A stretch of DNA of 64,000 nucleotides from an uncultured Solirubrobacterales bacterium. Its GTDB lineage: Bacteria > Actinomycetota > Thermoleophilia > Solirubrobacterales > 70-9. The notes beneath the pieces were generated by a model, which had not been told where the DNA came from, did not search any database, and saw only the letters and a program-made list of their open reading frames with translations. The stretch is from positions 25,558-89,557 of the forward strand of contig CAWAKV010000007.1 in assembly GCA_963782685.1 (NCBI GenBank), in the 5' to 3' direction. Positions 1-10,896 of the stretch are shown here, piece by piece. A program made the position numbers and the translations under genes. Every line of letters starts with the position of its first letter. Position 1 is the stretch's first letter.

Positions 1-144
1 GCCGTGCTGCTCGACGCGACCGTGGTGCGGATCGTCCTGCTGCCGGCGCTGATGCTGCTGCTGGGCGATCGGGTCTGGTGGCTGCCGCGCCCGTTGGAGA
101 AAATCTTGCCCGAAATCGATCTTCACGGCTCCCGGGCGGGTTGA
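1..144 (+). CDS. MMPL/RND-superfamily membrane transporter, C-terminal fragment (start lies left of window)
   Basis: Frame 1 open from base 1 to TGA 142-144; AVLLDATVVRIVLLPALMLLLGDRVWWLPRPLEKILPEIDL resembles the last TM helix/tail of MMPL-type exporters. Confidence 0.5.
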   Translation, partial: AVLLDATVVRIVLLPALMLLLGDRVWWLPRPLEKILPEIDLHGSRAG

Positions 145-260
145 TGTTGATGGACGACATAGGAACTCGTGTATTTTTGATACAGGGTTGGAGAACAGGG
201 GGATCGGCTGGGGGCCTTGGCTCATCGCCGGACCAGCCAGAGCAACAGGAGGATGATCTA

Positions 261-771
261 GTGGGAAGCTCAGCAAGGATGTCGTCACTGCCGATACTCG
301 GCCTCGCGTCAGTCGTGGCGCTGCTCGTGGCCGCCCCCGTCGGCGCTGGCGGCCGAAGGGGAACTGACCCGCGCCGAATACGTCGAACGGGTCGAGCCGA
401 TCTGCAAGGCCAACACGCGAAGCCAACTCGCGCATCCTCAAGGGCGTCAAAGGCCAGGTCCAGCAGGACCAGCTGGTGCCCGCCGGCAAACGCTTCGTCC
501 GCGCCTCAGGCGCGCTCGGCAAGGCGGTCGGCAAGATCGACGCGGTGCCGCGCCCGACAGCCGACGCGGCGAAGCTGACGAAATGGATCGGCTACCTGAA
601 GAACGAGAAGACGCTTCCTGCAGCAGATCGGCCAGGCGCTCAAGGCCGAGAACAAGTTCAAGGCGCAGAAACTCGCCGTGAAGCTCAACGACAACAACAA
701 CCGACGCCAACAACACGGTGATCAGCTTCGGCTTCGACGAGTGCAGGATCGACTCCTCGAGGTTCATCTAA
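261..771 (+). CDS. secreted/lipoprotein-like hypothetical protein; frame broken about four times
   Basis: AGGAGG 247-252 then GTG 261; signal-like VGSSARMSSLPILGLASVVALLVAAPVGAG. A continuous sensible protein (..AEGELTRAEYVERVEPICKANT / EANSRILKGVKGQVQQDQLVPAGKRF.. / LLQQIGQALKAENKFKAQKLAVKLNDNN / TDANNTVISFGFDECRIDSSRFI*) needs +1 steps near 350, 418, 617 and 700; TAA 769-771. Confidence 0.4.
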
Positions 772-772
772 G

Positions 773-1550
773 TTGCGCCGCGCCAGTCTGATCGCGGTCG
801 CGCTGCTCGTTGCCCTCGGCGTCGCCGGGGCGGCCCAGGCGGAGATGGACCAGGAGGGGAACGTGATCGTCGACTTCGATGGCGGCATCTCGCCGCAGGC
901 TCTGCCCCGGGTCGGGGTGGCGCCGGTTGCGGTCAGCGTCGACAGCACATTCAGTGCGGTCGACGGCGCCGACCCACCGCCGCAGCTGCGCACAATCTCG
1001 ATCGCGATCAACCGGGCCGGCAAGATCTACGACCGCGGTCTGCCGACCTGCCGCGTGCGCAGGATCCAGCCGACGACGATCACGCGCCGCGAAGAGGATC
1101 TGCGGCAACGCGATCGTCGGCAGCGGACACGTCCAGGTGCGCGTCCACCTCGCCAACCAGCCGCCATTCACTTTCAAAGGACCGCTGCTGGTCTTCAACG
1201 CGAAGCGATCCGGCGGCCACCGGCGCCTGCTGGCGCAGGTCTACGGCCGCAGGCCGCCGTCGGCCTTCGTGCTCAACTTCAAGATCCTCAAGAAGAGCGG
1301 TGAGTTCGGCACCGTGATCAAGACCTCGCTGCCGAAGACGGCTCGTGACTGGGCCTACGTCACCCACTTCGACATGCGGCTGCGGCGCACCTACACCTAC
1401 GAGGGCCAGCGGCACAGCTTCATCAGCGCCGGCTGCGCCGCACCGGAGGGCTTCCCGGGCGCCGTCTACCCCTTCGCCAGGTCGAACTTCGGCTTCGCCG
1501 GGGGCAAGCACGTCTCGACGACGTTGATCCGCGACTGCAAGGTCAGATAG
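773..1550 (+). CDS. secreted hypothetical protein; one frame break
   Basis: TTG 773; signal-like MRRASLIAVALLVALGVAGAAQA. A +1 step at about 1085 joins ORF 773..1303 to ORF 879..1550 (..RRIQPTTIT/AAKRICGNAIVGSGHVQVRV..). No family recognised. Confidence 0.45.
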
Positions 1551-1551
1551 C

Positions 1552-1934
1552 TCAGGCGCCGCCGATGGCGCGAACCGCCTCGCGCCATCGGTCCGGCACC
1601 TCGTCCTCGCGGCCTTCGGTGTGGAGCTGGGCGCAGGTGCTGATCAGGTCGGCCAGGACGTGGACCGCCTCGGTGTCGCCGAGGGCCGCCAGGCGTTCGA
1701 TGCCGAGGGCGTAGAGGTAGTCGCCGGCAAGCAGGGCGAGGTCGGCGTCGTGACCGGCGAGCAGGCGCGGCTCGCCGTAGTGGAGCAGGTAGCCCTCGCG
1801 CACCGCCTCGATCACGAATGCGTGCTCACCAGGCGCCGCAAACGCGGCATCCTCCGCGGGGTCGACCACGTGCGGGGATATCGGCGTGTCCTCGGCTCGC
1901 AGCTGCTCGGCCAGAACTGCGTAGGCTCGCTCAT
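1552..1934 (-). CDS. small hypothetical protein translationally coupled to hemL; one frame break
   Basis: ATG 1932-1934 overlaps hemL stop (ATGA). MSEPTQF.. then a break near 1910 into ORF 1552..1869 (VVDPAEDAAF..LLAGDYLYALGIERL..). No family recognised. Confidence 0.35.
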
Positions 1935-3203
1935 CGCAGCGCCTCGTCGAGCGACTCGCCGGCCGCTTCGCAGGGTGCGGTCGATCGCCTCGTCGTCGTG
2001 GGCGAGCGAGACGAACCAGGCCTCGAACTGCGACGGCGGCGGGTAGACGCCGCGGTCGAGCATCGCCCGGCAGAAGCGGGCGTGGGCCTCGAGGTCGCAG
2101 GCCGAGGCGGCGGCGAAGTCGGCGACCGGCTCGGCACTGAAGAAGAGGGTCAGCAGACCGGGCGCCGAGGCGACCCGCAGGGGTCGGTCGGCGGCGAGCT
2201 CTTCGAGGCCCACGGCGAGGCGCTCGGTGAGCGCCGCCAGGCGGCGGTAGGCCGCGGCGTCGAGGCGGCGCAGCGTGGCGAGCCCGGCCGCCACGGCGAG
2301 CGGGTTGCCGGAGAGCGTGCCGGCCTGGTAGACGTCGCCGGCGGGGGCGATCCGCTCCATCGTCTCGCGCGGACCGCCGAAGGCGGCGGCGGGCAGGCCG
2401 CCGCCGAGCACCTTGCCGAGCACGGTCAGGTCGGGCTCGACCCCGTAGAGCTGCTGGGCGCCGCCGCGGGCGACGCGGAAGCCGCTGATCACCTCGTCGA
2501 AGACGAGCAGTGCGCCCGCCTCGCGGGTCGCCTCGCGGAGGAACTCGAGGAAGCCGTCCTCGGCCGGGACGACGCCCATGTTGGCCGGCAGCGGCTCGGC
2601 GAGCAGGGCCGCCACCGGGTGCTCCGCGAGGGCGCGGTGGACCGCCTCGCGGTCGTTCCAGGGGACGACCACCGTGCCGGCCGTCTGCGCGGCGGTCACG
2701 CCCGGGCTGCCGGGAATCGCCAGCGTCGCCAGGCCCGAGCCGGCATCGGCGAGCAGGCCGTCGGAGTGGCCGTGGTAGGCGCCGGCGAACTTGACCACGA
2801 CCTCGCGGCCGGTGACGGCGCGAGCGAGGCGGACCGCGCCCATCGCCGCCTCGGTGCCGGAGCTGGTCATGCGCAGCATCTCGACCGAGGGGACGCGAGC
2901 CGCAACCTCCTCGGCCAGCTCGACCTCGGCCTCGGTGGCGGCGCCGTAGCTGGTGCCGCGCGCGGCGGCGGCGCTGACGGCCGAGACCACGTCGGGGTGA
3001 GCGTGGCCGAGGATCAGCGGCCCCCAGGAGCAGACCCAGTCGACGTAGCGGTTGCCGTCGACGTCGACCAGCTCGCAGCCCTCGCCACGCTCGACGAAGA
3101 TCGGATCGCGGCCGATCTGCCGCATCGCTCGCACGGGGCTGTTGACACCCCCCGGCAGGACGCGAAGGGCGCGCTCGTACAGCTCGGCGCTACGAGTGTT
3201 CAG
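1931..3203 (-). CDS. hemL: glutamate-1-semialdehyde 2,1-aminomutase; one frame break
   Basis: Part of composite ORF 1812..5297. ..LPGGVNSPVRAMRQIG.., ..FDEVISGFRVARGGAQ.., ..GKVLGGGLPAAAFGG.. typical of HemL. Removing the surplus base at 1970 restores ..AIDRTLEAAGESLDEALR* ending at 1931. Start uncertain: no ATG/GTG nearby, CTG at 3203. Confidence 0.85.
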
Positions 3204-4268
3204 CTTCCCACCGCGCGTAGTCGTCGGTGAAGTAGTGCAGGCGGATCTTCTTGTACTCGGTCGAGGAGTAGAGGGTGGCGCGGTCCTCCGGCCCCATGCC
3301 GCACTCGGCGGCGATCGAGTCGAGGATCGCGTCGCACTCCTGCTTCGAGCGGCCGTGGGCCATGGTGAAGACGCTGTAGGGCCAGTCCTCGTAGGTCGGG
3401 CGCTGGTAGCAGTGGGAGATGCCGCGGAAGGAGGCCATCCGCCGGCCCGTCTCGAGGATCTCCCCCTCGGGCACCTTCCAGACCCCCATCCCGTTGGCCG
3501 AGAAGCCGGCGCGGCGGTGGTAGAGGATCGCCGCGACCCGGCGCAGCAGCTTGCGGTCGACCATCTCCCGCAGCCGCTCCAGCAGCTCGACTCGGTGCCG
3601 ATCCCGAGCTCCTCGGCAGCGGCGTCGTAGGGGCGCTCGACCGCCTCCATCGGACCCTGCATCGCCCGGATCGTGGCGATGTCGCGCTCGTCGTAGGGCT
3701 GGCGCTCGAGCTCGCGCGGGGGCGCCGCCTCGACCGCGGCGGCGAGCGCCTCGGTGCCCTTCTCCATCTCCAGGTTCATGTTGATCTTGAACAGGGTCAG
3801 GGTCGGCAGCTGGCGCATCGACTCGGCCCCGGCCTCGCGCATCAGCGCCTCCAGCGTCCCTTCCATGCCGAGCTCCGAGTCGGGTGGCACGGCGATCGTG
3901 AACCAGAGGTTGAAGTCGTGCGTGCGCAGGTAGTTGTGCGAGACGCCCGGATGGGCGTTGACCGCGGTGGCGGCGCGCTGCGGGTGCTCGGCGTCGACTT
4001 TGGCGGCGACCAGCATCGACTCGTAGCCGAGCGCCCGCGTGTCGAAGATCGGCGTGATCTCGCGGATGATCCGCTCGTCGAGCAGCCGCCGGGTGCGGGC
4101 GAGGACGTCGTCCAGCTCCAGCTCCGCCTCGGAGGCGAGCAGGGCGAAGGGCTCGGGGTCGAGCGGGAAGCTCGACTGGAGCAGGTTCATCAGCCGCTTG
4201 TCGGTCTCGTCGAGCGGGATCGCGGCACCGTCCTTGCGGGAGCGCGCCTTCGACTGTGGGACCTTCAC
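3190..4268 (-). CDS. fused siroheme decarboxylase-like protein (AhbA/AhbB, NirD/L/G/H type; two AsnC-like halves); one frame break
   Basis: GTG 4266-4268 overlaps hemB stop (GTGA). First half ..HPGVSHNYLRTHDFNLWFT.., second half ..FRGISHCYQRPTYEDWPYSVFTMAH... A break near 3575 joins composite ORF 1812..5297 to ORF 3190..3564. Confidence 0.6.
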
Positions 4269-5237
4269 CGAAGCCACCCTGCGGCCTCCTTCGCGTAGTA
4301 GGTGACGATCGCGTCGGCGCCGGCGCGGCGGATCGAGGTCAGCGTCTCGAGCACCGCGGAGCGCTCGTCGATCCAGCCGTTGGCGGCGGCCGCCTTCAGC
4401 ATCGAGTACTCGCCGGAGACATGGTAGGCGGCGAGCGGCGCCCCGGTCTCCTGCTTGATCCGCCGCACCACGTCGAGGTAGGGGGTCGCCGGCTTGACCA
4501 TCAGCATGTCGGCGCCCTCGTCGAGGTCGAGCTGGGCCTCGCGCACGCGCCTCGGCGGCGTTGGCCGGGTCGAGCTGGTAGCCGCGCCGGTCGCCGAACT
4601 CGGGGGTCGACTCGGCCGCGTCGCGGAAGGGGCCGTAGAAGGCGGAGGCGTACTTGGCGCTGTAGGCGACGATCGGCGTGCCCGGGTGGCCCTCCTCGTC
4701 GAGCTGGTGGCGGATCCCGCCGACCCGGCCGTCCATCATGTCGCTCGGCGCGACCGCGTCGGCGCCGGCCTCGGCGTGGGAGATCGCCGTTTTCGCCAGC
4801 AGCTCGACCGTCAGGTCGTTGTCGACCTCGCCGTCGCGGACGAAGCCGCAGTGGCCGTGCGAGGTGTACTCGCAGAGGCAGACGTCGGTGATCACGGTCA
4901 GCTCGGGGTGGGCCTCCTTCAGCGCCCGCACCGCCATCTGCACGACGCCCTCGTCGTCGTAGGCGCCCGAGCCGGTCTCGTCCTTGTCGGCCGGGATGCC
5001 GAAGAGCAGAATCGCGCCGACCCCGGCGCTGGCGATCTCGGTCGCCTCGGCGACCAGCTCGGAGATCGAGAAGCGCTCGATCCCCGGCATCGAGGGGACC
5101 TCCTCGCGCACGCCCTCGCCGGCGACGACGAAGGCGGGCTGGATCAGGTGGACGGGCGAGAGCTCGGTCTCGCGGACCAGGCCGCGCAGGGTCTCGCTGC
5201 GGCGCAGCCGCCGCATGCGGGTGCTTGGAAACGGCAT
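4265..5237 (-). CDS. hemB: porphobilinogen synthase (delta-aminolevulinate dehydratase); one frame break
   Basis: ATG 5235-5237; ..RRLRRSETLRGLVRETEL.., ..VCLCEYTSHGHCG.., ..VAPSDMMDGRV... C-terminal ORF 4265..4546 has ..MLMVKPATPYLDVV..AAYHVSGEYSML... Surplus base at 4547. Confidence 0.9.
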
Positions 5238-5273
5238 CGACTCGATTCTACGAGGGCAGTAGCGTTCCGCGCG

Positions 5274-5986
5274 GTGGAGGCACGGGGGATTGGTCAAGCG
5301 CTACGGGCAACGCGAAGCTCTGCAAGAGCGTCGACTTCGCTGCGCCGCGCCGGGAGAGCTCGTCGGAGATCATCGGTCCCAACGGGGCTGGGAAGACGAC
5401 CCTGCTCTCGATCTTGGCCGGCACGCTGAAGCCGGACGACGGCGAAGGTCGACTCGCCCAACGGGGACGTCGGCTGGGTGCCCCAGCAGGCGGCGCTCTA
5501 CCGGCGCCTGACGGTGGAGGAGAACCTGCTGCTGTTCGCGCGGCTGGAGAAGCACGAGGAGCCGCGGAGCGGCGGTCGAGGAGATGCTCGAGCTGACCGG
5601 GCTGCGCGAGCGGCGGGACGAGATCGTCGCCCGACTCTCCGGCGGCAACCAGCAGCGGATCAACATCGCGATCGGCCTGCTGGCGCCGGCCCGTGGTGCT
5701 GCTGCTCGACGAGCCGAGCGTCGGGCTCGACCCGCGCCAGCGGGCGCGGCTCTGGGAGTTCGTCTCGGCGCTCGCCGGCGGCGGCACGACGGTGATCTTC
5801 TCGACCCACGACATCCAGGAGGCCGAGCGCTACGGCCAGCGGCTGCTCGTCCTCGCCGACGGCGAGAGCCTCTTCGACGGCTCCGCCGGGGAGCTGCGCG
5901 AGGCGGTGCGCGGCGAGGCACCGGAGGCCGCCGGCAGCGACTTCGAGACCGCCTTCGTCGCCTTCCTCCAGCACCGCGGGCACTGA
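5274..5986 (+). CDS. ABC transporter ATP-binding protein; several frame breaks
   Basis: Walker A GPNGAGKTT, signature LSGGNQQR, Walker B LLLDEPSVGLD and STHD are spread over ORFs 5225..5596, 5290..5511, 5478..5795, 5584..6372 and 5693..5986. Probable GTG 5274 (VEARGLVKRYG) if the G5 run 5284-5288 is really G4. Confidence 0.8.
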
Positions 5987-5988
5987 CG

Positions 5989-7342
5989 ATGCGCTGGCTG
6001 CTGCTCAAGGACCTGCAGATCCTGCGCCGCTCGCCGCTCCAGGCGGTGCTGCTGATCGCCTACCCGGTGCTGATCGCGTTGCTGATCGGCTTCGCGATCT
6101 CGCGCGACCCCGGCAAGCCCAAGGTCGCCTTCCTCAACGAAATCCCGCCCGGCGCGCGGGTCGCCGCCGGCGACGGGCAGGCTGCCCGCGATCGGCGTCG
6201 ACGAGCGCATCTGCGGGCGCGTCGAGTGCGTCGAGGTCGACAGCCGGGCCGAGGCCGAAGAGAAGGTCCGCGACGGCGACGTGCTGGCGGCGCTGATCCT
6301 GCCCGCCGACCTGATCGACCGACTCAACTCGCTCGGGACCCTCGACTCCCGAAACGCCGGAAGTCGACGTGATCGTCAACCAGGAGGACCCGGTCAAGGC
6401 GCGGCTCGTCGACGACCGCATCACGGCGCTGCTGGCGGAGGCCAACCTGTTCATCGCCCGGCAGATCGCGGCCGAAGGCGGCCGCTACCTGGACCTGGTC
6501 GTCAACGGCGGCGAGTTCGACGTGCTCGGCCAGCCGGTCGAGATCCTCGGGCTGCGGGCTGCGGCGGCGATCCTGCGATCGCTGCGCCCGGCGGTGCCCG
6601 AAGCTCTGCGCGACGAGCTCGACCGAGCGATCTCGCTTCGCCACTCTGGCCCGCGACAACCTCGACGTCGCCGCGCCGCTGATCGACCGGCTGGCGCAGC
6701 CGATCGCCGTCGACAAGCAAACGGTCAGCGCTCCAACGCCACCGCTCGACGTCTTCGCGATCGCCGTCGCGGCGACCTTGACGCTGACCTTCGTCACCCT
6801 CCTGCTCGTCGCCGGCTCGCTGGCCCTGGAGCGGGAGGAGAACACCTTCCCCCGCCTCACCGGCGGGCTCGTCTCGCGCTCGGCGCTGCTCGCCGAGAAG
6901 GTCGGCCTGGGCGTCGCCGTGGGGCTGGTCGTGACCCTGCTGATGCTGACCGGGGTGCAGCTCTTCGCCGACCTCGAGTGGAGCCGCTTCGGCCTCTGGC
7001 TGGCGGCGATCCTCGCCGGGGGCGGCGGCATTGGCAGCGGCCGGGGCGGCGCTCGGGGCGGCGGCGCGCGACGTGCGAGCCGTCTCCCTGCTCGCCTTCA
7101 TGATCGCGCTGCCGGTGGCACTGCTCTCGCTCGTCCCCTCGGGCGCCGTCGGCGCCATCCTCTACGACGCGATCCGCGTGGTCACCGCGCTGTTCCCCTT
7201 CAGGCCGGCGCTGGAAGCGATGACGGCCGCCCTCGATCCGGCCGGCTCGGGCATCGGCGAGCCGCTGCTGCACCTGGCGATCCTGATCGCCGCCTACGCC
7301 GCGATCGCCCGTCTCGCTCTGCGCCGCTTCGCCTCCGTCTAG
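5989..7342 (+). CDS. ABC-2 type transporter permease; about four frame breaks
   Basis: ATG 5989, 2 nt after the ATPase stop. MRWLLLKDLQILRRSPLQAVLLIAYPVLIALLIGF.. and C-terminal TM block ..VSLLAFMIALPVALLSLVPSGAVGAILYDAIRVVTALFPF... Continuity needs +1 steps near 6170, 6350, 6640 and 7025. Confidence 0.65.
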
Positions 7343-7366
7343 CCATCTCGGGGTAGGGTCCTCGCC

Positions 7367-8137
7367 ATGAGGGTCCTCTTCATCGGCGACGTGGTTGGCG
7401 GGCCCGGCAGGCGCGGGCTGGCGACTGCGATGCCCGAGCTGCGCGAGCGGCACCGGCCAGACCTGACGATCGTCAACGGCGAGAACTCAGCCGGCGGGAT
7501 GGGGATCACCGAGAAGACCGCCAAGGCCCTCTTCGATGCGGGCTGCGACGTGATCACCACCGGCAACCACGTCTACCGCCACCGCGAGGCCTACGACTTC
7601 CTCGACCGCAACGAGCGGGTGATCCGTCCCGCTAACTATCCCCATGCCAATCCGGGCAAGGGACACGTCGTGGTCGAGGCCGGTGGGATGCGCGTCGGCG
7701 TGATCAACCTCAGCGGCGCGATCGGGCTGAACGTCGCCCGCCTCCCCTTCCACGAGGTCGACGCCATCCTCGAGCGAATCGAGGCGGATTGCGTCGTCGT
7801 CGACTTCCACGCCGAAGTCAGCAGCGAGAAGGTCGCGATCGGCTGGCACCTCGACGGCCGGGTCGCCGCGGTCTTCGGCACCCACACCCACGTGCCCACG
7901 GCCGACGCGCGCGTCCTGCCCGCCGGCACCGCCTTCATCTCCGACGTCGGCATGACCGGGTCGCGGACCAGCGTGCTCGGCGTCAAGCCGGAGCTGATCC
8001 TGGAGGCGATGACCACCCAGATGCCGGTCAAGTTCGAGACCGCGGAGGACGACGTCTGGGTGATGGGGGCGGCGGTCGAGATCAACGAGCGGGGGCTTGC
8101 TGATTCGATCGAGCAGGTGATGGTGCCGGCCCATTAG
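7367..8137 (+). CDS. YmdB-like metallophosphoesterase (TIGR00282 type)
   Basis: Intact 256-aa ORF; MRVLFIGDVVG, NGENSAGGMGIT, TTGNHV, DFHAEVSSEK, GTHTHVPTAD. Confidence 0.85.
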   Translation: MRVLFIGDVVGGPGRRGLATAMPELRERHRPDLTIVNGENSAGGMGITEKTAKALFDAGCDVITTGNHVYRHREAYDFLDRNERVIRPANYPHANPGKGHVVVEAGGMRVGVINLSGAIGLNVARLPFHEVDAILERIEADCVVVDFHAEVSSEKVAIGWHLDGRVAAVFGTHTHVPTADARVLPAGTAFISDVGMTGSRTSVLGVKPELILEAMTTQMPVKFETAEDDVWVMGAAVEINERGLADSIEQVMVPAH

Positions 8138-9341
8138 GGATCGTTCGCTTCGGCCATCACCGGCAGGAAGGCCTCGATCACACGCTTGTTCGGGATGTAG
8201 CCATCTGCCCGACGCCGGACAAGACCCATCTTCACGACGGCATTGATGTCCCTGGAAACCGTCTTGTCGGTCTTGCCGGCATACATCTCGAACAGGCCCG
8301 CGCTTAGCCTGGGCAGCTCTTCGCGGGATAGCGGACGATCGACCTCGGACATCTCGAGCACGAGCTGGCGCTGGCGTAGCTGCGCTTGGCTCTTGGTTCG
8401 GCCGAACTGTTGGTAGACGTACTGCTCCCAGCGGTCGGCGAACTGTTGCTCGCGAATCTTGTCGAGCTGCTCATGAAGGCCGTCCACAAAACCCTGGAGC
8501 GCATAGCGGATGAAGGACAGCGCCTCGGCGTTCCCCCTGCTGGCCAGGCGAAGCTGCCGGTAGTACTCGCTCCGAGTCTGGTTGTAGTGATTGCTGAGGA
8601 GGTGCGTCGCCGGCGTGGGAACACCAGCTTCGAGCAGTATCCGAAGCTCCATCAGGCGTGCGGTTCGACCATTCCCGTCCCCAAACGGATGGATCCAGGC
8701 GATGTAGAGATGGGCGAGGATGGCCTTGAGCAAGGCCATCGGGCGCTCCCAGCCAGGGCCAGCTGGAGTGAAATCAGGCCCGTTGAGCCACTCCGAGAGG
8801 CGGTCCAACAGGAACGCGCGATCCTCTGGGGGGCGCCGAGGTAACCGCCCACCGCCACGGCGTGCTGCGGAAACTCGCCTGGGACGACTCCCTCTTCCAG
8901 CTCGAGGTTCTGGAGGATGAGACGGTTGTAGTTCTCGATCGTCAACCGGCTCATGGGTGGAGCGACACCAGCCACAAGCTCGTCTTTGATCTGGTTGTAG
9001 GCGGCGATGATGTTGTCTATCTCTCGTCCCAGGTACTCCCGCGACGGGGGCAGCTCGAGATGTCCCTCCACCCTCTGTCTCACCTCCTCCTCGGAGAGCG
9101 TGTTTCCCTCGATGGCCGTCGTAGCCAGGACGCCCTTCGTCAGATAGACGTTGTGCATCTCCCGAGCGACATCCGGATTGAGCAACGAGCCGGCGACGTG
9201 AGCGATCTTCGATCGAGCCTCGCCGAGCAGCATCCACAAATCTGGCGGCGCATTCCTCAGGTCCAACCGGAAGTCGATCCAGGGATGGGTTTCCTCATAG
9301 GTCCGCCCCACCGTCGGGATAAGAGTCTGTCTGTCTGCCAT
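8134..9341 (-). CDS. Fic family protein (AMPylase-type, canonical motif); one frame break
   Basis: HPFGDGNGRTAR matches HxFx(D/E)GNGRxxR; N-terminal inhibitory-type motif TTAIEGN. ORF 8652..9341 joins ORF 8134..9237 at the G6 run 8828-8833. Visibly lower G+C than its neighbours. Confidence 0.85.
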
Positions 9342-9372
9342 TGAGAGCCCATTATAGAGCCAGTTGTAGATT

Positions 9373-10896
9373 TTAGGGGCTAAATTTGTCCTCTAGACTG
9401 TCCCCTGAGATGGCAAGCAGCAAGAGGGGGTAGAACCAGACTATGTAGAGGTAGAACCAGTGTTGGGCGGTTAGCTGGAGGGCGATCAGGAGGGCCGCCC
9501 CCAGAGCGGCAACCTGGATGAGCGTCTTCCGTTTCGGCCAGAAGGCAAAGCTGACAGCAAGCGCACCGGCCCCAGCGAGAAGTGCCACGCGCAGGGGCTC
9601 GAGGCTTGGGGCCTGGCCCCAGATGCTGAAGGGGGAGTCGCGGTCGGACTGGTAGGCGACGGTGCGGTCGTAGAAGGTGTGCAGGCCGGGGTCTATCGCC
9701 GGCCATGCCATCAGCACCGCAGCGGTCAGTAGGAGCGCCCAGGCGAACTTCGCCCGCCCGGGCCCATAGGTCATGAACATCGGCGCCAGCAGCACCGGGG
9801 CGAACTTGGTCAGGGTGGCGAAGGCAAGCATCGCTCCTCTGGCGATCGGGCGGGCGAGGACGAGCAGAGTGGCCACGAGGAGGGCGGCGACCAGAGTGTC
9901 GTTGGAGTTCGACTCCAGGGCGTATGCGGTGTACGGGTAGGCGGCCCAGGCGAAGGCGAAGGTCGCGGCCAGCTTGCGACCGGACGGGCCCGGGCGAAGG
10001 CGGAGGGCCAGCCAGACCAACAGCGCCAAGGTGGCCAGGTCGAAGGCGACCGCGGCGCCGTGGGCGGCGGGAAGGTCGTCCCAGCTTCCTCTCCAGGGCC
10101 AGATCGTCTCGAAGGGAGCGTAGGCGAGGTAGTTGACCGGGCCGTAGGTGTCGCCCTGGGAGACATCGGCGGGGAAGTTGTCGTAGATCGGCTCGCCCTG
10201 GGCGATGCGATCGGCGCCCACCACGCTGGCGTAGCCGACGTCGATGACCCCCGAGTCGGCCATGTTGAGCCCCACGCGGAAGCCCATCAGGAAGAGCGCC
10301 GCGACCAGCAGCCAACTGGCCGGCCAAACCGGCCGGATCCCCTCCCCGCGTCCGCGTAGACCGATCCACAGCGCACGGGCGAGCAGGTACAGCAGCACCG
10401 GGTACTGCAACGGGACCGACACCCCGATCTCGGCTCGGTTGAAGAAGTAGTGAGAGACGCCGAAGCCGAGCAGTATGAGCAGATCCAGCGTGGCCACCCG
10501 CCAGGGCCGGCGCCAATCGATCAGACCGATCAGGAACAGCGCACAAAGCGGCAGGAACACATAGGGCGCGTTGAGCTTGTGGCCGAACGCCCCGGGGTAC
10601 CCCCTCGCCATCTTCCACAGCACCTGGTAGCCGGTCCACGACTCCCGCACCTCCCCGCTGCGCGGGTCGACGACGACCAGCGCCACCTGCTCGTCCGCGG
10701 CGAAGTAGGCAACCTCCCAGCTGCCATCCACCATCGAGGCGCTGTGCGTCAGCCCCCCGTTCTGCTCTCGCTGCGCGACGACCTTGGCATCGCGGTTCGC
10801 CGCCCGCACCGCTTCGGACGCGCTGACATCCGCCGCGCTCGCGGTCGCCGGCCAGAGTGCAAGCAGGACAGCCGCCGCGAGCAGGGCGCGGCTCAC
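9373..10896 (-). CDS. polytopic membrane protein, GT-C-like glycosyltransferase (DUF2029/GT87-like)
   Basis: GTG 10894-10896 overlaps the upstream stop (GTGA). Signal peptide VSRALLAAAVLLALWPATASA, a periplasmic domain, then about 10 TM helices. Intact inside ORF 9373..11220. Family call is tentative. Confidence 0.45.
   Translation of the reverse strand: MSRALLAAAVLLALWPATASAADVSASEAVRAANRDAKVVAQREQNGGLTHSASMVDGSWEVAYFAADEQVALVVVDPRSGEVRESWTGYQVLWKMARGYPGAFGHKLNAPYVFLPLCALFLIGLIDWRRPWRVATLDLLILLGFGVSHYFFNRAEIGVSVPLQYPVLLYLLARALWIGLRGRGEGIRPVWPASWLLVAALFLMGFRVGLNMADSGVIDVGYASVVGADRIAQGEPIYDNFPADVSQGDTYGPVNYLAYAPFETIWPWRGSWDDLPAAHGAAVAFDLATLALLVWLALRLRPGPSGRKLAATFAFAWAAYPYTAYALESNSNDTLVAALLVATLLVLARPIARGAMLAFATLTKFAPVLLAPMFMTYGPGRAKFAWALLLTAAVLMAWPAIDPGLHTFYDRTVAYQSDRDSPFSIWGQAPSLEPLRVALLAGAGALAVSFAFWPKRKTLIQVAALGAALLIALQLTAQHWFYLYIVWFYPLLLLAISGDSLEDKFSP

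Noticed and set aside
1812-5297. 1161-aa ORF that looks like a giant multidomain haem-biosynthesis fusion protein
   Set aside because: It is a composite. HemB, the AhbAB-like protein and HemL are each recognisable with their own coupled start/stop signals (GTGA at 4265-4268). The linking stretches are Arg/Pro/Ala-rich out-of-frame translation created by frame breaks.
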